A stretch of 64,000 nucleotides of DNA from the NCBI GenBank assembly GCA_965207185.1, contig OZ242271.1, positions 64,806 through 128,805 of the forward strand, given 5' to 3'. Below are positions 26,922-38,452 of this stretch, piece after piece (the stretch's first letter is position 1; every line of letters begins with the position of its first letter). The stretch comes from Chloroflexota bacterium (GTDB taxonomy: Bacteria; Chloroflexota; UBA11872). The position numbers and the translations under genes were made by a program. The notes beneath the pieces are model-generated. The model was given only the letters and a program-made list of their open reading frames with translations. It was not told where the DNA came from and searched no databases.

Positions 26922-28742
26922 TTGCAGCCACTGCCCGACCTGCCTAAGATCACTTTCGTGAACGAAACCAGTCACGACGTACTCATCATCGGGGCCGGCG
27001 GCGCCGGCCTTCGTGCCGCCATGGCGGTGGTCGAGGCCAACCCCGCTCTCTCCATCGGCCTCGTATCCAAGGTCTACCCCATGCGCAGCCACACCGTGGC
27101 CGCGGAAGGGGGCATGGCCGCCGTCATCAAGGACAACGACGCCCGCGAGCACCACATCTACGACACCATCAGCGGCTCCGACTGGCTGGCCGACCAGGAT
27201 GCAGTGGAAATGTTCGTTGACGAGGCCCCACGTGAACTGATCCAACTGGAGCACTGGGGCTGCCCCTGGAGCCGCGAGGACTCCGGGCACGTCGCGGTTC
27301 GGCCCTTTGGCGGCATGCAGATCGAGCGCACCTGGTACGCGGCAGACAAGACCGGCTTCCACGTGCTGCACGCCCTCTTTCAGACATCCCTGCAATTCAG
27401 CCAGATCACGCGCTACGACGAGTTCTTTGCGACCAGCCTTCTCACGGCCGACGGTCGCTGCCAGGGTTGTGTGGCCGTCGAACTGCGTACTGGCGAACTG
27501 CACGTCATGCGAGCCAACGCCGTCATCATTTGCACCGGCGGGTTCGGACGAATCTTTCCATTCACCACCAACGGTTCCATCAAGACGGGCGATGGTCTGG
27601 CCCTCGCGTACCGCGCTGGCGTGGCGCTGAAGGACATGGAGTTCGTGCAGTACCACCCCACCGGGCTGCCGGGAACGGGCATCTTGATCACCGAGGCCTC
27701 CAGGGGCGAAGGCGGCATCCTGCTCAACAGTGAGGGCCGTCGGTACTTGCAGGATTACGACCTTGGCGAGCCGTTGGACGTCAACGATCCGAGGCACCCC
27801 CAGAACCGGACCATGGAACTCGGACCGCGAGACCGACTGTCACAGGCCTTCATGCACGAGCAGGCGGCCGGGCGGACGTTTACCGGCGAATACGGCGACT
27901 ACGTGCAGTTGGACGTTCGCCACCTGGGTGAAGATCGGATCGATACGCGTATCCCGTTCGTCCGGGAACTTGCGTCCAACTACGCCGGGATCGATCCGGT
28001 TGTGGAGCCGATTCCGGTGCGGCCGGTCGTGCATTACACGATGGGCGGCATCGACACCGACGTGCACGGGGCCACGCCGCTCCCCGGCCTCTACGCCGCC
28101 GGCGAATGCGCCTGCGTCAGCATCAACGGCGCCAATCGGCTTGGATCCAACTCATTGACTGAGTTGGTCGTATTCGGAGCTCGTGCGGGCCGTCACGCGG
28201 CCGACGCGGTTGCCGCCCAAGAGCTATCTGACAGCCCGGAGATTGACCGCCAGGTGAGCGTCGAACGCGACCGGCTGGCTGAATTGCGCGGCCGTCCGGC
28301 GGGCGGCGAGCGCATTGCCGCCATTCGAGACGACCTGAATACGGCCATGGAAGACGGCGCCGGTATCTACCGCGACGAAGGATCGCTGTCCGCGTGCTGC
28401 GCCACCCTCCGCGAGTTGCAAGAACGCCTGGCCACCGTTTCGCTGGACGACACAAGCCCCGTCTACAACACCGAGCTGATCAGCGCACTCGAACTCGACG
28501 GCATGGTCGACATCTCGCAGGCGCTCGCTCACGCCGCGCTCGATCGCACCGAGTCGCGCGGATCGCATCAGCGCACCGACTACGCCGCGCGTGACGACGC
28601 CAACTACCTCAAGCACTCCATGGCGTACCGAACCGACGGCGACCCGCGCATTGACTACAAGGACGTGGTTATCACCCGCTGGCCGCCGGCCGCGCGCGTA
28701 TATGGATCGTCCGCGGACAAGGATGGGAAGTCCACATCGTGA
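26922..28742 (+). CDS. frdA: Fumarate reductase / succinate dehydrogenase flavoprotein subunit
   Basis: It has the FAD motif [16 protein letters not shown], the His-FAD region [10 protein letters not shown] and the ...HYTMGGI... motif. The start may be TTG at 26922 or GTG at 26958. Confidence 0.9.
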   Translation: MQPLPDLPKITFVNETSHDVLIIGAGGAGLRAAMAVVEANPALSIGLVSKVYPMRSHTVAAEGGMAAVIKDNDAREHHIYDTISGSDWLADQDAVEMFVDEAPRELIQLEHWGCPWSREDSGHVAVRPFGGMQIERTWYAADKTGFHVLHALFQTSLQFSQITRYDEFFATSLLTADGRCQGCVAVELRTGELHVMRANAVIICTGGFGRIFPFTTNGSIKTGDGLALAYRAGVALKDMEFVQYHPTGLPGTGILITEASRGEGGILLNSEGRRYLQDYDLGEPLDVNDPRHPQNRTMELGPRDRLSQAFMHEQAAGRTFTGEYGDYVQLDVRHLGEDRIDTRIPFVRELASNYAGIDPVVEPIPVRPVVHYTMGGIDTDVHGATPLPGLYAAGECACVSINGANRLGSNSLTELVVFGARAGRHAADAVAAQELSDSPEIDRQVSVERDRLAELRGRPAGGERIAAIRDDLNTAMEDGAGIYRDEGSLSACCATLRELQERLATVSLDDTSPVYNTELISALELDGMVDISQALAHAALDRTESRGSHQRTDYAARDDANYLKHSMAYRTDGDPRIDYKDVVITRWPPAARVYGSSADKDGKSTS

Positions 28743-29485
28743 GCGAGACGACGGTCAAGCTTGAAGTCTTTCGCTATCGACCCGACAACGGCGGGCCGAC
28801 CTTTCAGTCGTACGACGTGCCCTACCACGACGACTGGGTCGTGCTGGATGCGTTGAATTATGTCAAGAACTACGTCGACGGCTCCCTCAGCTTCCGCTGG
28901 TCCTGCCGCATGGGCGTGTGCGGCTCCTGCGGCATGCAGGTCGACGGCGAGCCGACCCTCACCTGCGCCGCCTTCCTGCGCGACCATATGCCCGGTCCGA
29001 TTCGCGTCGAACCGCTGGTCAACTTTCCGGTCGAGCGGGACCTCGTGGTCGACATCAACGGCTTCATGGAGAAACTCGACCACGTCAAGCCCTACCTGGT
29101 CCGCGAAGACGAGGCGGACGACCTGAGCGCCGAGTACATGCAGACTCCGACGCAACTGGACCGCTACAAGCAGTTCAGCATGTGCATCAACTGCATGCTG
29201 TGCTACGCGGCTTGTCCGGTGATCGGCCGGGTGGACGACTTCATCGGACCCGCCGCGCTCGCGCTCGCCCAGCGCTACAACCTGGACTCGCGCGACCAGG
29301 GCAAGCAACAGCGACAAGAAGTGATATTCCAAAACGAGGGCATCTGGGAGTGCACCTTCGTGGGCGAATGCTCCGAGGTCTGCCCCAAGCACGTCGATCC
29401 GGCCGGCGCCATTCAGCAGGCCAAGCTGGAGGGCGCCTTCGACTACTACAAGCGGTTGCTGACGCCGTGGGTCAAGCGCTCGTGA
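28739..29485 (+). CDS. frdB: Fumarate reductase / succinate dehydrogenase iron-sulfur subunit
   Basis: It has the 2Fe-2S motif [21 protein letters not shown], a 4Fe-4S CxxCxxCxxxCP motif and a 3Fe-4S cysteine motif. Confidence 0.9.
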   Translation: MSETTVKLEVFRYRPDNGGPTFQSYDVPYHDDWVVLDALNYVKNYVDGSLSFRWSCRMGVCGSCGMQVDGEPTLTCAAFLRDHMPGPIRVEPLVNFPVERDLVVDINGFMEKLDHVKPYLVREDEADDLSAEYMQTPTQLDRYKQFSMCINCMLCYAACPVIGRVDDFIGPAALALAQRYNLDSRDQGKQQRQEVIFQNEGIWECTFVGECSEVCPKHVDPAGAIQQAKLEGAFDYYKRLLTPWVKRS

Positions 29486-29877
29486 ACCGGCCGCTGGACC
29501 GGCGCCTGGGTTGGACCTGGTGGACCCTCAAGGGGTCCTACTTCCGCATCTTCCTGCGCGAAGTCTCGTCGGCCTTCATCCTGGCCGAGGTCGTGTTCTT
29601 CATGCTCTTGATCCACAAGGCAGGGCAGGACGCGGAAACCTACCTGGCCTATCGCAAATTCCTGTGGCACCCGCTGATAGTGGTGTTCCACCTCGTGGCG
29701 CTCGCCTTTGCGCTCTGGCACACCTTCACGTTTTTCCTGATCGCCCCGAGCGCGCTGCCGAGCCAGATCGCCGGCCGGCGCATCCCGCCAGCCTTCATCA
29801 TCGGCCAGCAGTTCGCCGGTCTGGCGGCGGTTTCACTGCTCATCTTCCTGTGGGTGGCCTGGGTCGGCGCAACGTGA
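29482..29877 (+). CDS. frdC: Fumarate reductase membrane anchor subunit C-like (131 aa)
   Basis: The start is GTG and overlaps the frdB stop. It has three TM helices. Its size matches E. coli FrdC (131 aa). Confidence 0.65.
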   Translation: MNRPLDRRLGWTWWTLKGSYFRIFLREVSSAFILAEVVFFMLLIHKAGQDAETYLAYRKFLWHPLIVVFHLVALAFALWHTFTFFLIAPSALPSQIAGRRIPPAFIIGQQFAGLAAVSLLIFLWVAWVGAT

Positions 29878-30230
29878 GCGGTCGCTCGCACGAACCCCTG
29901 TTCTGGTCGCTGTTCGCGGCCGGAAGCGTGCTGGCCGCGGTGTTCGTGCCTGTGTTCATCCTCGTCACGTCGATCTTCGGACCATTCGGCTGGCGCTGGT
30001 TTGCCGACGCCTTCACCTACGACGGCATCCGCGACCTGCTCCAGCACGCCATCGTGCGGCTGGCCATCGGCGCGGTCATCGCCCTCATCGCCGTCCACGC
30101 CTGCCACCGCCTGCGCCACCTGGCCATTGACTTGCACGTACCGCTTCCCGCGCCCCTGATCGGCGTGGTGGCCTACGGCGGCGCGGCGGCAGTTACCGTC
30201 CTCACGGCAGTTTTCTTGGGGCTCGTCTAG
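29874..30230 (+). CDS. frdD: Fumarate reductase membrane anchor subunit D-like (118 aa)
   Basis: The in-frame GTG start overlaps the frdC stop. It has three TM helices. Its size matches E. coli FrdD (119 aa). Confidence 0.6.
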   Translation: MSGRSHEPLFWSLFAAGSVLAAVFVPVFILVTSIFGPFGWRWFADAFTYDGIRDLLQHAIVRLAIGAVIALIAVHACHRLRHLAIDLHVPLPAPLIGVVAYGGAAAVTVLTAVFLGLV

Positions 30231-30242
30231 CGCCTTCCACCG

Positions 30243-30587
30243 TCAGGGCAGGAGGCGAATCAGGCCTACAACCAGGCCGGTCGTGATCGCGGACGAGCTT
30301 GCAATCATCACGCCGGTTCGAATCGTGAGCCGAAGCTCAAGCTCCTGCAACTCAGCCTTGGTCGCGAACCTCTCGAGATCCGCTTTGGTCGCGAACTTCT
30401 CAAGGTCCTCCTTGGTAGCAAACCTCTCAAAGTCCGCTTTCGTAGCGAAATCCCGCAAGTCCGCCTTGCTCACACGATTCCCGTTCGCGACTGCCTGCAC
30501 AATCTCGGCAACCGCTTCCGCTTTTGCGTCCCCGAACCCTGCCGCCTTCAGCGTTCGAGCTGCGCGCAGCGTATCGAAGACAGCCAT
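30243..30587 (-). CDS. DUF1640-like coiled-coil protein with 11-residue FATKxDLExxx repeats and a C-terminal TM
   Basis: The N-terminus MAVFDTLRAARTLKAAGFGDAKAEAVAEIVQ is typical of DUF1640. It has four tandem repeats (FATKADFER, FATKEDLEK, FATKADLER and FATKAELQE) followed by a hydrophobic tail. Confidence 0.6.
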   Translation of the reverse strand: MAVFDTLRAARTLKAAGFGDAKAEAVAEIVQAVANGNRVSKADLRDFATKADFERFATKEDLEKFATKADLERFATKAELQELELRLTIRTGVMIASSSAITTGLVVGLIRLLP

Positions 30588-30718
30588 AGCGCACCTCCAA
30601 CTCCTGGGTCTGACTGTACACGGTCCCACCGCCATGTCCAACGCATCCAGACCGCCCGGCCCGATCCCGCGCTACCCCTACACTGGCCCCATCCACGTCC
30701 TGAGAATCCCCTGACACC

Positions 30719-31861
30719 ATGCGAATCACTGGGGTCCGTACCGTCGTCTACGAACACGAACTCAGCCGGCCGCTGGGCGATGTGAACAGCCCCACCGGCC
30801 GTTCGCTCAACTCCGGACTCCTGGTCTACGTGGACACCGACGCGGGCGTTACTGGCCTGGGCTTGGGCGGCCCGCCCGGACGTCCGCACGTTCAGAGCCT
30901 GGCCCAGCGGCTGATCGGATCCGATCCACGCGGCGTGCGCGGCTTGTGGAAGCAGATGATGGATTCCGTCTTCAAGCTGGGCCCGGTAGGACCAGTTGCC
31001 GTGGGGCTGTCCGCGCTTGATCTCGCGCTCTGGGATCTGAAGGCCAAGGCCAACGGCGAACCGTTGTGGCGCACGCTGGGCGCCTCCACGCCGCGCGTGC
31101 GCGCCTACGCCAGCGGCCTGGACTCCCCGCTGCCGGACGAGGAGATATACGCCTACTACGCCGGCATGGCAGCGCGCGGCGTGTCCGCCGGCAAGCTCAA
31201 GGGTGGCGCCGACTTCCAGGACGACCTGCGCCGGCTGGAAGTCATGCGCGACGCGCTCGCCACTTCCGGCAAACGCGTTGACCTGATGCTGGACGTCAAC
31301 GAATTCTGGACGCCCAAGGAGGCCATCCGCCGCGTCCGCGAGATCGAGCGCAGTTTCGATCTGACCTGGATTGAGGAACCCGCCCGCCGCTGGGACGCCA
31401 CCGGCCTGCGCCAGGTGTCCGACGGCGTGGCCGCGGCGGTGGCCAGTGGCGAGAACCTGCGGCATCCCGGCGAGTTCCTGCACCTGCTGGACCATCGCGC
31501 GATCGACGTCTTCCAGGTAGGCGCCGATACCTGCGGCGTCACCGGCGCACAGATCGTGGCCGACATGGTCTACGGCATCGAGCGGCCGATCTCCATGATG
31601 AACTCGCCGGGCAGCTTCATGGCCCACGCGGCGGCAGCCATGCCCAATCACACGATGCTGGAGGTGCTGGACGCGGGGCGCGACGCCCTGTTCGACATCG
31701 ACATCCGGCTCGAAGACGGCTGGCTTGTCCTGGGCGAGCGTCCGGGCTTTGGCATCGAGTTCGACCCCGACCTCCTGGCCGCCCACACGGTTGAACATGC
31801 TTCCCCTACCGCCATGGCCAGCCCGTGGGGCCGCCGCCCGGGCGCGGGCCTCTACGCCTAA
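30719..31861 (+). CDS. Enolase-superfamily enzyme (mandelate racemase / muconate lactonizing enzyme-like dehydratase)
   Basis: It has an N-terminal capping domain and a TIM barrel with metal-ligand Asp/Glu at the usual spacing (LMLDVNEFW and WIEEP). Confidence 0.8.
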   Translation: MRITGVRTVVYEHELSRPLGDVNSPTGRSLNSGLLVYVDTDAGVTGLGLGGPPGRPHVQSLAQRLIGSDPRGVRGLWKQMMDSVFKLGPVGPVAVGLSALDLALWDLKAKANGEPLWRTLGASTPRVRAYASGLDSPLPDEEIYAYYAGMAARGVSAGKLKGGADFQDDLRRLEVMRDALATSGKRVDLMLDVNEFWTPKEAIRRVREIERSFDLTWIEEPARRWDATGLRQVSDGVAAAVASGENLRHPGEFLHLLDHRAIDVFQVGADTCGVTGAQIVADMVYGIERPISMMNSPGSFMAHAAAAMPNHTMLEVLDAGRDALFDIDIRLEDGWLVLGERPGFGIEFDPDLLAAHTVEHASPTAMASPWGRRPGAGLYA

Positions 31862-32041
31862 CCCCTCCGCGCTAGCTCCCTCGACTCCCCGCGCACCCAC
31901 CGAATCGGCGGCACGACGCCCCCAATCGCTTCCTGCGCGCCCTCCGGTTACCCCCATTTGCCGGCGGCGACTGGTAAGCATCGCCCGAAGTCGTGACAAT
32001 AGGCGCACTGGTTCCGTCACTGTCAGGAAACGGAGGCCGCT

Positions 32042-32918
32042 TTGCGCGCGATTCAGTACGCCGCGCCCTCGACCGTAGAGGACGCTGTAACCATCCTTGC
32101 CGAGCACGGCTCGAACGCCCGCATGCTTGCCGGCGGGACGGACCTGATTGTCCAGGTCCGCGAAGACGCTCGCGATACCGAAGTGTTCGTGGACGCCAAG
32201 AGCATTCCCGAGCTCATGGAACTCTCGGTCAACGCCGACGGCAGCACCACGCTCGGGGCCGCCGTCCCGTGTCATCAGCTTTACAACGATGCGCAGTTCG
32301 CGGCGGCATATCCCGCCGTTGTGGACGCTTCCCGCATCATCGGCAGCACCGGCATTCAGGGCCGCGCGTCAGTCGGCGGCAACCTGTGTAATTCGGGTCC
32401 CGCCGGCGACACGATTCCACCGTTGATCGTCCACTCGGCCATCTGCAACATCGCCGGGCCCGACGGCGAACGCACCGTGGCCGTCGAAGACTTCTGCACC
32501 GCCCCCGGCCGCAACGTATTGGCCGACGGCGAGTTGCTGGTCTCAATCACTCTCCCCAGGCCGCCCGCGGGCTCAGGCTCGCACTACCTGCGCTTCATCC
32601 CTCGCAATGAGATGGACATCGCAGTCGTAGGCGCCGGCGCCTTACTGCAGCTGGACGGCGAGAGCATCACCGCTGCCCGCGTCGCGATCGGCGCCGTGGC
32701 TCCCACGCCACTCTTCGTTCAGGCTGCGGGCGACGCCCTGGTCGGCATGACCGCCGACGAAGATTCGTTTGCCGTCGCCGCCAACATCGCCCGCGACGCC
32801 GCCACCCCGATCAACGACATGCGCGGCACGGTGGCCCATCGCAAGCAACTCTCCTACGTTCTCACCCAGCGCGCCCTGCGCGGCGCCAGGGCTCGCGCCC
32901 AGGGAGGCAGTCCCACCA

Positions 32919-32929
<11 letters not shown>
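32042..32929 (+). CDS. Molybdenum hydroxylase FAD-binding medium subunit (CoxM/XdhB family)
   Basis: It has the motifs MLAGGTDLIVQV, ...GSTGIQGRASVGGNLCN... and the CO dehydrogenase flavoprotein C-terminal domain. Confidence 0.85.
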
Positions 32930-33416
<487 letters not shown>

Positions 33417-33418
33417 CC

Positions 33419-35716
33419 ATGGCCATCGACACCCGAGTCGCTCCGAAAATCAAGCATCACGACGAGAAATACAAGGTCATTGGAACCCGGCCGATTCGCC
33501 ACGACGGCCTGGAAAAGGTCACCGGCGAAGCGCGTTACGGTTCCGACATCAACCTGCCCGGACAGCTGCACGGTAAGGTCCTGCGCAGCCCGCACGCCCA
33601 TGCCCGAATCGTCAGCATCGACACCAGTCGCGCCGAGGCATTGGACGGCGTCCGCGCGGTCATCACCAGCGCCGATCTGCCCGACCCGGGCGACAAGCTC
33701 ACCACCGGCGGCGAGGCGCCCGGCCTTCCGGTCAAGTTCAAGAGCGCCAACATGCTGGCGCGCGGCAAGGTCCACTACCACGGCCATGCCATTGCATCCG
33801 TAGCGGCCACCAATCCGCACATCGCCGCCGAAGCCATCAAGCTGATCGACGTCGAGTACGAAGTGCTCGACCCGGTGCTCGAAGTCTGGGACGCGATGAA
33901 GCCCGACGCCCCGATCATCATCGAGGACCTCTACACCGCCAGGGCCGACGGATCGACCGGCGATGAGCCCAGCAATGTCGCGGCCGAAATGCTGTACGAA
34001 GTCGGCGACGTCGACGCCGGATTCGCCGAGGCGGACCTGGTCGTCGATCGTGAATTCACCTTCGGTGTCGTCCACCAGGGCTACATCGAGACCCACAACG
34101 CCACCGCCAACTGGCTCAAGGACGGCCACCTGCACGTTTGGTGCAGCTCCCAGGGCGCCTTCACCATCCGGCAGGAACTGGCCGACCTCCTGAATCACCC
34201 CATCACCAAGATCCATGTCACCCCGATGGAGATTGGCGGCGGGTTTGGCGGCAAGACCACGGCCTACCTCGAACCCCTGGCCGCCCTGCTTTCCCGGCAG
34301 ACTGGCAATCCGGTCAAGATGGCCATGGATCGGGCCGAAGTCCTGATGGCGACCGGTCCGACGCCGGGCGGCTACGTCCGCGTCAAGATGGGCGCCACCA
34401 AGGACGGCATGATCACCGCCGGCTACGCCAACCTGGCCTTCGATGCCGGCGGCTATCCCGGCTCGGTCGTGGGCGCGGGCTGCCGCTGCGTCTTCGCGCC
34501 GTACAACATGCCCAACGCCAAGGTCGAAGGCTTTGACGTCGTCGTCAACAAGCCCAAGACCCACGCGTACCGCGCGCCGGGCGCTACCCACGCCGAGTTC
34601 GCCAGCGAGACGGTGGTGGACGAAATCTGCCGCGAACTCGACATCGATCCCGTCGAGTTCCGCCTCAAGAACAGCGCCAAGGAAGGCGACTGGCAGCTTG
34701 CCCAGCCACCCTATCCGCGCATCGGCCACATCGAGTGCATGGAAGCCGCCCGCGACTCCGCCCAGTGGCAGACCCCGCTGGAAACCGTCCCTGGCAAGAA
34801 GCGCGGCCGCGGCATCGCCTCCGGGTTCTGGTTCAACATCGGCTTCACCTCCAGCGTGATCGCAAAGCTGAACAGCGACGGCAGCGTCACGCTGCTCGAG
34901 GGTTCAACCGACATCGGCGGAACCCGCACCTCGGTTGCCATGCAGTTCGCCGAGACGTTGGGGATCCCGGTCGAGGACGTTGACCCGATTGTCGCCGACA
35001 CCGACTCGGTCGGGCAGACCGACGTAACCGGCGGCAGCCGCGTCACCTTTGCCACCGGCCTGGCCGCCCACAACGCGGCCAACGACATGAAGGATCAGAT
35101 TGTCGAAGGCCTGGCGGACCTGTGGGATATCGCCGCCGATGCGATCACGCACGACGACGGAACCTTCTCGGCCAACGGAAACTCGGCCTCCGTCCGCGAA
35201 GCGGCCGGCCTGCTGGAGGAGGAGGGCGTATTCCCCATCGGCAAGAACACGGTCACGCCCACCCGCGAGGGTGGCGCCTTCGCCGTCCACATTGCCGACG
35301 TCGAGGTGGACGAAGAGACCGGCAAGTGCGAGATCCTGCGCTACACCGCCGTCCAGGACGCCGGTGTTGCCATCTACCCGCCCTACGTCGAGGGCCAGAT
35401 GCAAGGCGGCGTCGTACAGGGCGTCGGCTGGGCGCTGAACGAGGAGTATGTCTACGGCGAGGACGGGCGCTTGCAGAACGCCAGCCTGCTGGACTACCGC
35501 ATGCCCACCGCGCTCGACGTCCCCAACATCGAGACGATCATCGTCGAGGTGCCCAACCCCGGGCATCCCTACGGTGTTCGCGGCGTGGGCGAAGTACCCA
35601 TTGTGCCGCCGCCGGCGGCCGTGGCCAACGCGATCCACGACGCGACCGGCCTCCGCATGAGCCACCTGCCCATGTCCCCGCCGCGCGTGCAGGCGGCGTT
35701 GGCCGAGCAGGCGTAA
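33419..35716 (+). CDS. Molybdenum hydroxylase large (molybdopterin-binding) subunit, paralog 1
   Basis: It is 765 aa with the motifs EIGGGFGGK and KTHAYRAPGATHAEF, resembling the form II CODH / xanthine dehydrogenase family active-site loop rather than VAYRCSFR. The ATG at 33419 was chosen by hand. Confidence 0.85.
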   Translation: MAIDTRVAPKIKHHDEKYKVIGTRPIRHDGLEKVTGEARYGSDINLPGQLHGKVLRSPHAHARIVSIDTSRAEALDGVRAVITSADLPDPGDKLTTGGEAPGLPVKFKSANMLARGKVHYHGHAIASVAATNPHIAAEAIKLIDVEYEVLDPVLEVWDAMKPDAPIIIEDLYTARADGSTGDEPSNVAAEMLYEVGDVDAGFAEADLVVDREFTFGVVHQGYIETHNATANWLKDGHLHVWCSSQGAFTIRQELADLLNHPITKIHVTPMEIGGGFGGKTTAYLEPLAALLSRQTGNPVKMAMDRAEVLMATGPTPGGYVRVKMGATKDGMITAGYANLAFDAGGYPGSVVGAGCRCVFAPYNMPNAKVEGFDVVVNKPKTHAYRAPGATHAEFASETVVDEICRELDIDPVEFRLKNSAKEGDWQLAQPPYPRIGHIECMEAARDSAQWQTPLETVPGKKRGRGIASGFWFNIGFTSSVIAKLNSDGSVTLLEGSTDIGGTRTSVAMQFAETLGIPVEDVDPIVADTDSVGQTDVTGGSRVTFATGLAAHNAANDMKDQIVEGLADLWDIAADAITHDDGTFSANGNSASVREAAGLLEEEGVFPIGKNTVTPTREGGAFAVHIADVEVDEETGKCEILRYTAVQDAGVAIYPPYVEGQMQGGVVQGVGWALNEEYVYGEDGRLQNASLLDYRMPTALDVPNIETIIVEVPNPGHPYGVRGVGEVPIVPPPAAVANAIHDATGLRMSHLPMSPPRVQAALAEQA

Positions 35717-35722
35717 CCCACG

Positions 35723-35986
35723 GTGGCCACCGTTCACATCCCCACCCCCATGCGGGTGGCGACGGACGGTGCCGCCACGGTTCAGATTGAAGCCGCCACG
35801 GCACGAGAAGTCGTGGATCGTCTCGCGGAGCAATACCCGGATCTGGGCGGACGGCTGGTCGAGGACGGCCAGCTCCGCCCGGGTCTGGCCATCTTTGTCG
35901 ACGGCGCCAACGTGGGCCGTCGCCTGCGCACGAAGCTCCAGCCCGATAGCGAACTGTTCTTCGTGGAGGCGCTCGGCGGCGGCTAG
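35723..35986 (+). CDS. MoaD/ThiS-family ubiquitin-like sulfur-carrier protein (C-terminal GlyGly)
   Basis: It is 87 aa and ends ...FFVEALGGG. The beta-grasp-type sequence begins MATVHIPTPMRVATDG. It is located between the two large-subunit paralogs. Confidence 0.6.
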   Translation: MATVHIPTPMRVATDGAATVQIEAATAREVVDRLAEQYPDLGGRLVEDGQLRPGLAIFVDGANVGRRLRTKLQPDSELFFVEALGGG

Positions 35987-36041
35987 ACTTTCGGACATCC
36001 GTTTTCAACGCGAATCCACCACAGCACCGCGGGAGCAGGGA

Positions 36042-38309
36042 ATGACAGCAGGCAACGGCGCGTATCGAGTCGTTGGGACCCGACCGGTCCGTCACGACGG
36101 CGTGGACAAAGTCACCGGGCGGGCACGCTACGGCGTGGACGCCAACATGCCCGGCATGGTCTGGGGCAAGGTGTTGCGCAGCCCGCACGCCCGGGCGCGC
36201 ATTCGCGGCATTGACACCTCGCGCGCCGAGGCTTCAAACCAGGTACTCGCCGTGGTCACCGGCGACGACTTTCCGGACCCGGGCGCCGGCGAGGCCGAGG
36301 CCAACGAGTCCGGCATGCAGAGCCTGCGCTACATGTCCGAGCGAGTCATTGCTCGCGGACGCGTTACCTCTGAAGGCCAGGTCATCGCCGCCGTGGCGGC
36401 CACCAACGTGCACGAGGCCGAAGAAGCCCTTCGCCTGATCGACGTTGACTACGAAGTCCTGCCGCCCGTGCTCGATGTCCGCGAAGCCATGCGCGACGAC
36501 GCGCCGGCCATCCTGGACGACCTCTACACCGAAACCGGCGGAGTCTTCGACGACAAGCCCAGCAACATCGCCAAGCACCTGATCTACGAGGAAGGCGACG
36601 TCGAGGCCGGCTATGCCGCCGCCGACCTGGTCATGCAGCGCTCCTACTCCACCGCCATGGTTCACCAGGGCTACATCGAGCCGCACAACGCCCTCGCCTA
36701 CTGGAACCAGGATGGCCACCTGATCGTGGAATCCAGTTCGCAGGGCCACTTCGGCATCCGCGACGAGCTGGCCACCATGCTCATGTACCCCAAGTCCAAG
36801 ATCCGAGTGCTGCCAGCGGAAATCGGCGGCGGCTTCGGCGGCAAGACCACCGTCTACCTCGAACCGCTCGCGGCCGTGCTATCCCGCAAGATCGGGCGTC
36901 CGGTCAAGATGACCATGAACCGCACCGAGGTCCTCATCGGCACCGGCCCCGCCCCTGGCGCCTTCATGACAGTCAAGATGGGCGTCACCAACGAAGGCAA
37001 GATCACGGCCGTCAACGTGGACCTGGCCTTCGAGGCCGGCGGCTATCCCGGCTCAGCCGTGGGCGCCGGCTGCCTCTGCTGCATCGGGCCGTTCGACATC
37101 GAGAACTTCCGCGTCGACGGCTACGACGTCGTCGTCAACAAGCCCAAGTCGCACGCCTATCGCGCCCCCGGCGCTCCCCAGGCCGAGTTCGCCGTCGACG
37201 CCCTGATCGACGAGATCTGCGCCGAGCTCGACATGGACCCATTGGAATTCCGCCGCCTCAACGCCTCCAAGGAAGGCGACCTGCGAGTCGACGGCACCCG
37301 CTTCCACCCCATCGGCAACATCGAGACCATCGACGCCGCCGAAGCCACCGACCACTGGCAATCCGCGCTCGGCGAATCCACCGGAACCAAGCGCCGCGGC
37401 CGTGGCGTCGCCTCCGGCTACTGGCTCAACGGCGGTGGCAAGTCCAGCGCCGTGGCCCGCCTCAACAGCGACGGCACGGTCACCCTGCTCGAAGGCTCCA
37501 TGGACATCGGCGGTACTCGCACCTCCATCGCCATGCAGTTGGCCGAATTCCTGGGAATCCCCATCGAAGATGTGGACCCCATCGTCCCCGACACCGACTC
37601 CATCGCCTTCACCGGCGTCACCGGCGGCAGCCGCGTGACGTATGCGACAGGGTGGGCGGCCATCGAAGCCGCCGACGATCTCAAGGACCAGATGATCGAG
37701 GGCCTGGCCGACTATTGGGACGTACCGGCCGAATCGATCACCTTCGACGCCGGCGTATTCAGCCAAAACGGAACCAGCCTCAACTTCACCGAAGCCGCCG
37801 CCGCGCTTCAGGAGGACGGCCTGGAAGTCGTGGGCAAGGCCACCGCCTCGCCCAACGCCGCGGGCAACACCTTCGCCATCCACATCGCCGACGTGGAAGT
37901 CGACACCGAAACCGGCAAGGTTGACGTCCTCCGCTACACCGCCCTGCAGGACGCCGGCACCGCCATCTACCCGCCCTACGTCGAGGGCCAGATGGAAGGC
38001 GGCGTCGCCCAGGGCGTTGGTTGGGCGCTCAACGAGGAGTATGTGTACAGCCCCGACGGCCGCATGCTCAACGCCAGCTTCCTCGACTACCGCATGCCAA
38101 CCTCGCTGGACCTGCCGATGATCGAGACGGTAATCGTCGAAGTCCCCAATCCCGGACACCCCTACGGCGTGCGGGGCGTCGGCGAAGTCCCCATTGTCCC
38201 GCCCCTGGCCGCCATGGCCAACGCCATCTCCAACGCCATCGGCGTCCGCATCCGCGACCTCCCCGCCTCCCCCCGCGAAGTCCAGGCCGCGCTAGCCGAC
38301 ACTACCTAG
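36042..38309 (+). CDS. Molybdenum hydroxylase large (molybdopterin-binding) subunit, paralog 2
   Basis: It is 755 aa with the motifs EIGGGFGGK and KSHAYRAPGAPQAEF. It is colinear with paralog 1 at roughly 55-60% identity by eye. The RBS GGGAGCAGGG precedes the ATG at 36042. Confidence 0.85.
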   Translation: MTAGNGAYRVVGTRPVRHDGVDKVTGRARYGVDANMPGMVWGKVLRSPHARARIRGIDTSRAEASNQVLAVVTGDDFPDPGAGEAEANESGMQSLRYMSERVIARGRVTSEGQVIAAVAATNVHEAEEALRLIDVDYEVLPPVLDVREAMRDDAPAILDDLYTETGGVFDDKPSNIAKHLIYEEGDVEAGYAAADLVMQRSYSTAMVHQGYIEPHNALAYWNQDGHLIVESSSQGHFGIRDELATMLMYPKSKIRVLPAEIGGGFGGKTTVYLEPLAAVLSRKIGRPVKMTMNRTEVLIGTGPAPGAFMTVKMGVTNEGKITAVNVDLAFEAGGYPGSAVGAGCLCCIGPFDIENFRVDGYDVVVNKPKSHAYRAPGAPQAEFAVDALIDEICAELDMDPLEFRRLNASKEGDLRVDGTRFHPIGNIETIDAAEATDHWQSALGESTGTKRRGRGVASGYWLNGGGKSSAVARLNSDGTVTLLEGSMDIGGTRTSIAMQLAEFLGIPIEDVDPIVPDTDSIAFTGVTGGSRVTYATGWAAIEAADDLKDQMIEGLADYWDVPAESITFDAGVFSQNGTSLNFTEAAAALQEDGLEVVGKATASPNAAGNTFAIHIADVEVDTETGKVDVLRYTALQDAGTAIYPPYVEGQMEGGVAQGVGWALNEEYVYSPDGRMLNASFLDYRMPTSLDLPMIETVIVEVPNPGHPYGVRGVGEVPIVPPLAAMANAISNAIGVRIRDLPASPREVQAALADTT

Positions 38310-38346
38310 GGATTAATCGCGCCTCGCTCCCTATCCACGCTGGCGT

Positions 38347-38358
38347 AGGGGCGCCCCT
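38347..38358 (+). terminator. Possible terminator hairpin after the Mo-hydroxylase operon
   Basis: The perfect 12-bp palindrome AGGGGCGCCCCT is followed by TTAT. The T-tract is weak. Confidence 0.25.
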
Positions 38359-38452
38359 TATGGGTGCGCTCCTCGCTGGCTGCTCTTCCAATATTTGCTA
38401 ATGCTGAACAACGTATAACGCTGGCGTGCAATGAAACGAAAGGTGATCGGCC

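Noticed and set aside
29511-30230. A 239-aa ORF ([10 protein letters not shown]...) read as a single protein.
   Set aside because: Its first ~120 codons are an out-of-frame overlap with the frdC-like gene (Pro/Gly/Arg-rich). Only the in-frame C-terminal 118 aa starting at GTG 29874 forms a credible 3-TM FrdD-like anchor.
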